A DNA stretch of 64,000 bases, taken from Tubiluchus corallicola. Taxonomy: Eukaryota > Animalia > Priapulida. Shown here piece after piece: positions 41,101-53,100 of this stretch; the first letter of the stretch is position 1, and every line of letters starts with the position of its first letter. Position numbers and translations under genes: made by a program. The stretch spans positions 248,001 to 312,000 of the forward strand of contig JAQGDQ010000123.1 of the NCBI GenBank assembly GCA_030141605.1, given 5' to 3'. The notes beneath the pieces were generated by a model that was not told where the DNA came from, did no database searches, and saw nothing but the letters and a program-made list of their open reading frames with translations.

Positions 41101-44100
41101 TATGAGGAAACGTGCTTAATTAACTCTATGATTCTCAGTCTGATAACACGCATGTCAACTGTAGTACAGAGTTAGAACAAGTGCTAATTAATTGTTTTAA
41201 AGGTGTGGATATATTGGTCTGACTTCTAAGTTTGACTGAGTGATTCAAATTTGGCAAAATTATAAGTTAATAGAAAAAAAGTGAAGCAAACAATTTAGAA
41301 ACTCATTCTATCTAATTATTAAAGCACTTTTCCTTGGATACTTTTACTGTAATCAGTAGCTTACTGCAACCCAGCAATCTAGACTCTAGATAGCATCAGC
41401 AGATTAATCAGTTTTCTGTAATTAGTAGTTAACCTACCACAGCCCAGTACTCTAGAACCTAGACAGTATCAGCTATTAAACCAACTTTCTGTAATCAGTA
41501 GCTAACTCACCACAACCCAGCAGTCTAGACTCTAGACAATATCAGCTGATAAATCAGTTCATGGAAATCAGTAGCTAACCTACCACATACAGCCGTGCAG
41601 TCTATATTCTATAAGTAGCAGCAGTTTACTGTAATCAGCAGCTAACCCACCCCAGCCCAGCAGTCTAGATTATAGATCAGCAGATAAACCAATTTACGGG
41701 TAATAAGTAGAAATAGTCTGTTGTATACGAAGTTCTTTATAACAGGGTTTGTTATATTGAAGGTTTGCTGTAGTAAGCTGATGAGCAGTGAGCTCAGACT
41801 TAAATTATGCAATTAAAACTATGTGTAAATAAATGCAATATACATTTTCAGGCGTTCATTACAGACCATCTTGGTGCTTCTTATATAGAGCCGCCGACCT
41901 TTGACCTCATGGGTTCATATAACGACTCACACTGCTGCAGTCCACTAATTTTCATTTTATCACCAGGAGCCGATCCTATGATTGGTTTACTTAAGTTTGC
42001 CACTGACTTAGGTTTCTATGAGAATCGTATACAAAGAATATCACTTGGCCAGGGTCAGGTAAGTTGGTTATCATTATTTATTATTACTAGGTTGTAGGGC
42101 ATTACCTGTACTTTAAAATTATTTAAAGAGATGTAAACGGAACGAACTCAAATGTAAACAAAATCAACATGCGGCAAATGAAATCATTCTTTGACAGTCC
42201 ATAAACACAGCTACTTGGTTTAAAGTGCATTTTATCAGTATGATAATGAATAGAATAAATACATACATACATGATCATTAACAATTATGGAACAGCACTA
42301 AGTGATCAGCTAACAGTTTTATATGCAACCTACATAAAAGCCTTTCACGTGAAGTCAGTCACGACATTTAACGTGAAGAAGTACAATAGATTGGTGAGAC
42401 AATACATACAAGTTTTTGATAAAACTAAAATTGTAATAGCCACTTACAAGAGAAAAATACAAAAAAAGGAGAAAGAATGGTGAGAATTATAATGGCACAT
42501 TCAGTCTATCTGTATGTCTTTCGCCAGCTTTTCTAAGCCCTGAGTAATTTAAGAAGTTGATACTTGACGTACTGGTACAGCAAATCGTACTAATTTTTGG
42601 GTCAATCTGCTCATATTTGGATTTTTTATAAATGTTAAATATCAGCGTGTAACAATTCGCGCTGCAATCTGCCGACACAATCAAACGATTACTCAGTAGG
42701 AAAAAATCAACTAACAACAAAATTACCTGTGTCCAAATGTCCCATGTGTCCAAATGTCCTCATGTCCAAATGTCTTATGTGTCGAAATATCCTGTTTCGA
42801 AAACGCCTAGTACCTATTTGTACAAATATAGCCCTATGCAGATTGCAGACTGTGAAGTTGCATATGGCATATAGACACACAATACACCCAAAACACAATA
42901 TTTTTCACATGCTGTAACTTGTAGATTGCTGAGTTCTCTAGACTGTAATGTTGTCCATTGTCTAGGACTTTTTGTACATTCCTGTCACTGTTTTGTATCA
43001 TATGCATATTAGCATGGATGCCATTAATTGCTTGTGGAAATATTACATTTGTTAAAGAATTCAGTGTGTAAATACGAAGTTTCTTGACTTTCAGTCTTTT
43101 CTACATCCTTATTTGTTGTTAATATAATGGATAAAAATCTGTGAAGTGACTTTTTTAGAGCATTACATTAACATAGCTTCTAGCAAGAGACAAAGTCCCA
43201 CCAACCAGCTGCTGCTAAGCAAGCAAATGAGCATTTAGTATAGGCACTTAGTTCGCAATAAATTTTGTGCTAGAATCTTAGATTATACTGCCGATTATAA
43301 TGTTGTTATATGTGCTGGTTCTCTGATTATTTAGACAAATTTCTATAAATCAGTTCTGTGCATTTATCAGATCTTGGTGAGGTATCGATAGCTCAGTCTT
43401 TCCCTCGATCTTGTAATTTTATTAGAGCCAAAATATTGCAAGCACCGACTCACAGTGATTTCTAAACTATAAGTGACCCGGATATCTATAAACCGAATTT
43501 GTGACTTTAATTCGGCATTTTCTCAATTAGATCACAAAATAAAAAATTTGTCATCTAACAACAGAATTACACTAATAATATGTAATCAACTAATAAATCA
43601 TAGTTAATGATTTTATATGTTATTATTAATAAAACATTGAAAAGGAGCTAATACCTCGAATTGTAATATGTAAACTGACAACCATAGCAGGTTTTTCGGT
43701 GTTGTGATTGCTACATTTCAATAATTATTAATCCTACACAATTAATTAACTTGGTTTACTAGAAATACTTTTGGTTCTATATCTATACTGATGATTATGT
43801 CAATTTATAGGGTCCTATTGCAACCGACATGATTAACCGAGCAATAACCGATGGCTCATGGGTTATATTGCAAAATTGTCACTTGGCTACCAGCTGGTTA
43901 CCCAAACTAGAAAGAATTTGTGAAGAGGTTTATATTTTTTTTATTATTTACTCTTTTTCATTAGCACATATTGAATTATGGTTTACATTGATTGCATTTG
44001 CCACACGGTATTTTTGTAATGAAATTTCTAATCATTGTGTAAGATTCTTTAACTCAGGGATCAGACATGTACAACAAATAATTTAAACTGCCAAATTAGT

Positions 44101-47100
44101 TAGTTAATATTATATATGCTCACACACTCATGCACACACACACATTCATTGAAAAAGAATATAAACATAAATGTTATTGTTGTTTTACTGTGCCTATTTA
44201 ACTATGTAGTATACAATTACTAGTGCATTTATTGAACTCTTTGAGTAACTTATTCAAAACAATCTCATATTCCAAGCAAGGTTGGAATACAAATACCAAG
44301 TTACTTAATAATTAGATTATATTTGTTATATCCTTCCAGTTTGAGGTAGAGGTATATAGAATGCAAAGTAATTGTTCAGTTATTGTGTGGTAAATGCATT
44401 GTAAATATGGTATCTGGTACTCCGAAATGCCAATAAAAAAATCTGCTAATTGTATATTATAATTATGTTTTGTGCTACCTATGTTTTTATTAAACACTTA
44501 ATTATCACAGGTTTAAGTTAAAAAACTAATAAATTTTTAAATCTTGTCCTTGTGCCATTTTTTGCTGTGGCTGGACGTTGTACTTAGATTTTTTCTTTAG
44601 TAATTGCAGTGAATAGTGTAAAATTTGGTGACATAATGTCAAATATTTTAACATAAGGATATTACAGCTATCCCGTGTATAGCTACAACTATTGTTAGCA
44701 GTACCATCGGGGTAATTTCCTAAATTAATGCAAAACTGTTAGGCTTACATTAGGATCTTACAGTCAAAGTCCGTGCCTGATTATTGGCACAGAATAAATT
44801 GTCTTAAGCGAATTATCACATGCAAATTTTTTTTCATTCAAGAATTATGTTGTTATAGCAAAAATAAGTCATTCTAATCATCACCCAAATCATGCTAAAA
44901 GGTCCATGCACAGAAATATGGAGACCTACCCTGGTAAGATTTACTTTCTGATGTACACTTTCCAACTACTAATACATAGGTTGGCCATTTTAAAGATTAA
45001 AGAAAATATGTGAAAATAGATACTTTTACCATAACCACAGAAGCTTGCAGCTGATGCCAGTCGTAGCTACTTAAAATACCAGAATTTAAGTTCAAACTCC
45101 AGAGAATAAAATGTTTATTTTTGCTTTTACTTTAAATGGTGGGTAAACTCATCCCTAGAGTTTAAACTAGGAGATGTCTATCAATAAAAATAGTGTTCTG
45201 TAATCTTTGTCTTCAAATGCTGGTCAGTACGCCCTACAGAACATGCCTGACACAAAAGGTTATAGACAACTGTTGCAGTTCGTATCACGTTGATTCTATG
45301 ACTTCAACTCAGAAAATCTGATTTTGCGTAAACAACAGTAAAAGCTACATGTATACCAGGAACAAGTTGCCTAACCTTCCCGTTGAACTGGTCGGTAAGA
45401 TGCCCATGATACAGCAGCTTCAACCATTTTTGCTGTGGTTCTTTTTATTCAGAATAAAATTTGTTATAGCAAGAACGGCAGTCAATTAGACTGCATTAGT
45501 ACTGTTATTTTATTGTTGCTCTTAATAGAACTTGTTATAGCAGGAACGAATCAACGAGACGGCACTACTACTGCTATTTTGTTGTTTTGTAGACTATCAG
45601 ACCAGAAATAACTCACAGCGACTTCCGTTTGTGGCTGACGACTTATCCATCTGATCAGTTTCCCGTTTCTACCTTGCAAAATGGTGTCAAGATGACGAAT
45701 GAACCCCCAAAAAGTTTGCGAGCAAATTTGTTGAGATCTTACCTAAATGATCCTGTATCTGATATGAGGTTCTTCAACACTTGTGAGCAACCAGAGGTGG
45801 ATGTGCACATTTGTAAAACTTTAATTTTTTTTAAATACAATGACTGCAGATACAACTATAGTCAAACCTTGTTATAAGCCTTCCTTTTATAATTCAAACC
45901 TCGCTTAATGCCCAAATTTTTAGCAAAACAAAATGTCTATATTTGCATACACATGTATGTATTAATGCACTTTGTTGTAATGCCAAACTCGCCATAACGT
46001 CATCTTTTTGAGATCGAAAGCAGGCGATATAAGGAGATTGACTATATGCATATTTACTATATGCCAGTTTTCTAACAAATTCTGCAATTCATCAATAGTG
46101 CCGTATGAACAGCCAATAACAGATATCAGACATTATGTTTATTGTTTTTAGGAATCACTAAATGGTGTGTAGTGTTAAGAATCTACATGTATGTGTGCTT
46201 AATTTCATTAGTAATAATTCATTATAATTTGCAATTTCTGTTGGCGTATAAAAAACAAATATTGCCTAGTTGTTTTGGACAGCAATGCATTTCTCACTTT
46301 CATGAACAATAGCCCTTCAGACTTACAAGCAGGGCCAGATTATGACCTTTTGGGGCCCCTAGGCTAATGAAATTATGGTGTCTCCTCAGATGGGGCCAGG
46401 GCCCTTAATCTCAAATAAGAGGCTACTTGTTTTAAAAATTGTGTTTTTAGACTCCCGAACCTCCTTTTTTTAAAGTTGAAGTTTTATTTTAAATTAAAGG
46501 AATTATTCAGCAATGCAAAATATTAAAATATGTTACTCATTTTTTTTTAAAAAAAATATTTGAAAATTTTTTACTAGAGCCCTCAAGCTTGGGGCCCTAT
46601 AGGCTGCAGCCTGTACTGGCTTATAGGATAATGTGTCCCTGCTTACAAGACTAAGATACTTCCAAACGATCAAGCTATAGTAACAAAATTAATTTTTGAA
46701 AGAGTCTTACTCTTATGCATTTACAACAAGAAATGAGAACTATTGAACATGTACACTTAAAAATTTATAAGTAATATTTTTAACTTATACGTCTATGGCT
46801 GGTGTACTTTTAAAATATTAGTTGTAATGTAAAAAGCATTACATGGACTGGCCCCAGCTTACTGAGCTAAGTGTCTGCCATTTCGTGTTTATAACAGGAG
46901 CATACGAGCTAGGAAAGCAAATGAATGAATTAAAACTTGTTGCACCTTAACAAAAAAGTCTTAAGGACAACAAAAAGAAAGTCGTTGCTGATTTAAGATT
47001 TGTAAGCATTGCACCAAAGTGCTGGAATAAGCTACCAGCTAAAATTAGAGAATGCTCAGATTGAATTTTTTTTAAAAGGAAACCAAAAACTCATCTTTTT

Positions 47101-50100
47101 AAGCAGTATTGTAATGTGTAAGTGGTGAATGTTTTGGAAATTTTTTTTGATTTATAGATGGGTCTAATTGTATTATTTTTTAGTTTTTTATCTAAATATT
47201 TTTAATTGTGCAGCACCTTTTTTTATTGAAAGAGCACTTTAGAAATAAATGCATTATTTATTACACATCATTGTAGCATTTGGCTTGGTAAAGCAACAAA
47301 CTTTATATGCTGGTACTTTTGGTTCAAATGCTCATTGAGGTACATTTCTTTCCTTGCACTTTGTAAGTCTGGCTATTAACTAAATCTAGCTACTGTTTAG
47401 TCTTTTAGCTGTTTACATTTTACCAATAGCTATTATATGGATAGATTTCTTTTAACAGTTGTTTAAAAAACTGCTTTTTGGACTTTGCTTCTTCCATGCA
47501 TTAGTCCAGGAAAGAAGAAAGTTTGGTCCACTTGGCTGGAATATACCATATGAATTTAATGAGTCAGACTTACGAATTAGCATTAAACAATTAAAGGTAA
47601 GCAAATTAAGAACTCTAGTGACATATTTTCACTAAAGCCCTGTTTAGACTATCAGGCATCTCTGCTGTGACCAGATATCATTCCTGCATGTCACTTATCT
47701 CTGGGCAAGTGTCGTGTGTTTAGATTATGAAACTTACCCATGGAAAACAATGCAGTCACTTGCAAAAAATTCAGACCTCTGGTTAAATAAATTTTATCCA
47801 GAAAAACTCATCAGGAAAGCAGTTCACTGAAAAATTATGCAAGGTGAATTTCGTCAGTGTCACGCAAAGATGACATTCACTCATGTCTAGACTATCGAAA
47901 AATCTAAACGCACTCTTAACTATGAATTATTCAAGTGCGGTGAAATAGTAGATGTGGATGCGCCCAGTCCGGGCAAAGAAATGGTAAAAATTGGCCTTGA
48001 ACTGTGCGATAGACCTGCAATTTGTTAAAATAACAGATTACAAAAAGTGCTTAAAAACGTGCTAAACTAAAGGTTATTACTATTTAGACAAAATGAAAAA
48101 TTAGATTTAAGAAGACTGAAATACAAATTATTACTTTATGATTCTAGAGATTTGAAGCAATTCTAACAAGTTTAAACTATTAACTAATTAGTAAAGTAGA
48201 TAGTGACTTACATTTGCTAGTGACAACTTTGGCTTGAAAATACAACTAGTGACTGTTAAATTGTAACAAAATAGACAAAGCAATGAAAGTATCACCAAAC
48301 GGCATGATCAGCATAGCGGCAACAGAAAATCTAACTATGTGTAAAAACAAGTGTGATTGATAGGTGGTGTATACTAATAAGGCTTAGGTCACGTGATTAA
48401 GACTGGCTTCGTTTCATACACTTTCAGGAAATGTATATTTGTAAAAATACAAAAAGAAAATAAATAATTATAGAAGATTAAATTAAATTGCCTGACATCA
48501 ACAGTAGTATTTCATTTTGAGAACTAGTTCATGGAAATTGCATAAAAATAAATAGACTTAAAAATATTGTACGTAAATGATAAAACAGTCAGACGTACAA
48601 AACAAAAAATATAGTTTGCGGTCTATATATTTTCACTAGATGCCGTTACATTCACGGCTATATAAGACGATCAATATATTTTTCTCTGAAAGAATATTAA
48701 TAAAGTACTTTTACTCTTACTCAGTATTTACCTAAAGCAAGTACTTATCATTTATAAAGTATACATAAATGACTTATCATAACAAATGTCTTTCCATTTT
48801 TCCAGATGTTTTTAGACGAGTATGATTATTTCCCATTGGAGGCACTCACATACTTAACAGGAGAATGCAATTATGGTGGTCGTGTGACAGACGATAAAGA
48901 CAGACGACTCCTACTTTCTCTTTTGTCAATATTTTACACTCACGAAATATCTTGGAATGAAAAATACAAGTAAAAAGCACCTGTCTGTTAAATTTTATAC
49001 TATTTAATCGTGTGATTTATTGGGTAACCATGTGAATTCCCATGGTATTTTACCACGGTTGTCAAAACTGGGGAAGGCTAACGTTTTACCTGGAAATAAC
49101 TTAGACTTCAACACTTTTACCCGTGTAATTTCAACTACCTATAAACTACCTATACACATTGTTAAAACTTTGAAAGAAAGGCAAACATTTGAGAAAACCC
49201 AAGGCCACTGAGTCCTGCACCAAAACCAGCCTACAATTGGGCATGATAAGCTATTAGGATTTAGTTATCCAACTTTTTTATAATTTACGAACTGTAATTC
49301 GTCAACCGTCTTTCCACCGTTCAATCGTCATTCCCACATTTGCCATTCTTTATCTTGCTTTGTAGTAAAAACAAATGAATCACAAAACTAATCCAGTTGC
49401 AATAAAATGTAACAGACAAAACTGGACAAATTTAATAATTGGCCATTACAGTTTATAAAGAAATAGTAGCGGTAGAGGTAGTGGAAGTGGTAGTGGTAGT
49501 GGTAGTAGTAGTGGTAGCAGCAGTAATAGCAACAGCAGTAGCAGGAATAGTATGTATATATTACTATAACACTATGCACAGATTTTATTCTATAATGCAC
49601 ATGCAAGCATAAAATTAAAAATGTACTTACTATAATACACTGTTTTTCATAGGTTTTCTCCGAGTGGTATTTACAAAGTGCCACAGGAAGGTGAGTATTC
49701 TACATTTGTGGACTATATTCGTAATTTGCCCATGGTTCCACACCCGGAAGTGTTTGGCTTGCATGAAAATGCTGACATAACAAAGGATAACCAGGAAACT
49801 CAGCAGGTAATTATGTCTCTTAAATGATTTATGGGATTTCAAAAATGACTCTATAATGACTGGCTGGCTATTATTTGAAGAGACATTAAAACGACTCTTT
49901 TGAAAAATCGATCCTTTTTTTTTACAAATGGCTCCAACACACCCGTGATCACTCAAGGTAAGGATTTATACAGTTACTATTATCCATACAGTGAAAAAAT
50001 TTTTAACTTTTTCACAGTTTACGTATGTTATTGTGGAATTTAACATTCGGAACTAAGATAATGATTCCACTTTTGGATATGGTTACGGCACTAAATTTTT

Positions 50101-53100
50101 GCTAATCCCCATACATTTTAAAATATTTTAGATATAAGATGTATTTATTTATCTACATTTATTTAAGGTAGCTGCATGTGTTATGAATTAAAAGTTTGAA
50201 TTGCAAAATGATTCGATCCATTAGACATAGACATAGACATAGAACATTTATTTTCTGCATTTGTTTGACATGACAAGCTTTTTTAAATATTACTTAATTA
50301 TAGTAGTGGAGCAGGGCAAGGAAGGACCATAGGGTCATCTAGTCTCCTGCCCTGTCTTATAATTAAATTAGTATATTAAAAGTAAATGGTGAGACTGCTG
50401 ATAACAAAATCAAATAGGCAAAAAATAATAATAATAAACAGTATAAATGAAAACAAAGTATAAATGAAAACAGTATAAGTGAAAACAAAAAATAATTAAG
50501 TTAGATGACACCTAAATCTAAACAAAAACAATACAATTAATACAAGTAATTATGATTATTATATATATTTTCAAATAGGGGCCTTATTGACAGGGTGATT
50601 TTGACTGTATGGAGAGATAAAATAAGTATCAAAAAAGTGTAATATAGAAAATTTAAGAGAAAAAGTAAGTATAAGAAAGAGCAACAATTACTTAGGAGAT
50701 GAGAAAAAAAAACATTACACTCTCCATTACAAACCCACTGCATAAAGGAAGCAATAAATATGCTGGCATGTAATGCTGGTTCTGTGGGTGCTTTTATCAT
50801 CTCAGCGCCTGTTACGCTGAGAATGCAAGAAACATTTTTAGCTAGTCAACTCTATATTTTTACATGTCATGCAGTACCAACTCATCATTAATTGTTACAA
50901 CATTATTAAATGTTTAAAACTGACCAAATAGTGTGAATTGGGACTGTCAGTGAGTCTGAAAAACAATCACAAATGCAGTGTAGCAGCTACTAATAGCATT
51001 ATCCCTCTTCCGAGAAGGAACTTTGAAGAGAAAGTCTGCGTTTTTTATTTACAAAATACATCAATAAAAATAGTCGCATTAACAGAACTAGCATTTATTG
51101 TTAATGATGTCATACAATCACAAAATTTGCATTATTTCCAGCATTCGAAATTTATAGCGTTTTCAAGAATTTTATAACATTAGCAGCTCTCGATACGTAA
51201 TCTTGATCATTGTGTTCTATTTAACTTCAGCTGTTTGATTCAATTCTACTCACACTGCCGCGACAAGGTGAAGGAGGTGGGAAATCTTCCAGTGATATCA
51301 TCACAGATTTAGCAATTGATATTCTTGATAAACTGCCACCGGACTTTGACCTGGAAGAGATAGTTAAAAAGTATCCAGTCTTGTACAATGATTCAATGAA
51401 CACCGTTCTACGACAGGAACTGATTCGATTCAACAGATTGACGTCGGTCATCCGCTTAACCCTTGTAAACATTCAGAAGGCAATCAAAGGTAATGTTATT
51501 GTCTCTTTGGTTTGAAATGCGATATGTGTTCATTTCTATATATTATAATTTGTTAACTAAAGATTATAAGTAAAAAACTAGTATGCTTTCCTCTTCTAAT
51601 ATTTTTCTACTAATATGTAATGTGCAAGCTGAATATCAGTTCAGATACATTAATATTGAGAATGTTTATCAGGGTTATCCTGAATTAGATTTTAGTTGCT
51701 TATCAAATTTATTTACTATCAATCTAAAGCTTGTAGCAAAGAGTAATGCAAAGTTGTTATCATCTGTCACAAGTCCACCATAATTACACTCTCCTGTTAA
51801 GTATGTCAGTGCCTCTAATGTACACACAAGGCTAGCTGTTTGCTATTCATGTAGGTAGAGTTTGCTTGGATAGCTACATATTGGACTGTAAAGTTCTTAT
51901 TGTTCTGCTTATAATTCATTGTTACAGTCAGTAAATTACTACTTCTACATCTACTACTACTACTACTGCTACTGCTGCTGCTGCTGTTGCTGCTACTACT
52001 ACAAGATTCTTATTCATAGTATGGAATTTGTTCTGTCTCGCATGACGGCTTTAACTATTGTGTGTTCCTGTTAAGAAGTTTACAGTTTTTTGTATTTCAG
52101 TGGGTAACTCTAGATGTTCCTTACTATATTGACGAGTACTAGGGTAGAATTCAGCTTAACGAGTAGATTGCCTTAACTTGTAGAAAAATACAACTTTATT
52201 CAAGATTTGGCCCAACAAAATGGTCAACAAAAACTCTGTGGCAATGCTACAGCAATGCCCAAAATCTTGATAAATTCAGACCGTTTCAGCAGAACTCATT
52301 TAGTATTACACAATAACATGTAGTATCTTGACCCTGTTATTAGCAGATTTTCAGAATTTTAAACTTTGTGTAGTTTTAAGCTGCTTTGTGCAAATGTAAT
52401 CATTAATGTTTCTTCACCTGACCTTAAGTTGTTAATTTGCAGTATGGTCTTGCTATTTTAAATATTTTAATTCTTTTTTATAGGACTGGTCTTAATGTCT
52501 ACAGATTTAGAGAAATTATTTGATGCCATGCTAATTGGAAAGGTGCCAGCGGTGTGGGCTGCAAAATCCTATCCATCTCTTAAACCTCTTGGAAGTTATA
52601 TTTTAGACCTTGTAGCCAGGTATGTAATGATTCACCTGTGTGAATGTTTGACTTCATCCATATAGGCATCAGTGTGTGAAATTGCATGATATCATCTAAC
52701 ATCAGAGCTTCAATGCTGATACGCAGCTCAAATTCGCTAGTCGTTATTTGAATTGATAAGACTGTAGTTAGCACTGTGACTTGCAAGATCAGGACAGGTG
52801 CTTGGAAATTAACTGCACAGGGCTGTAAAGTATACAACTAATAAATGTGATAGCAGACTATGCATTAACACTAACAAGATTAAGGTAGTGCAATCAGCTA
52901 TTCATCCCCGACCTCAGAAAAGTTACACAACGTGATTTGCACGTTCCTTTTGAGAAGAACAAAAATGGGCAAGCAGCACAGCCATACATTATAATTTTGT
53001 CTCATCATCATTATCATCATCAACATTTAAGTCCATCATTCCCATTAGATGGGGTTGGACAGGGGTCTGCCAATGGCCCACCTCCAAATAACCCGCCTGC

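Noticed and set aside
47270-47345. tRNA-like A/B boxes (also about 43380)
   Set aside because: No cloverleaf can be built; at most a decayed SINE head.
27072-51472. Minus-strand ORFs at 27072, 39870, 40232, 49630 and 51227 as a nested antisense gene
   Set aside because: They are antisense shadows of dynein exons with no independent splice structure or domains.
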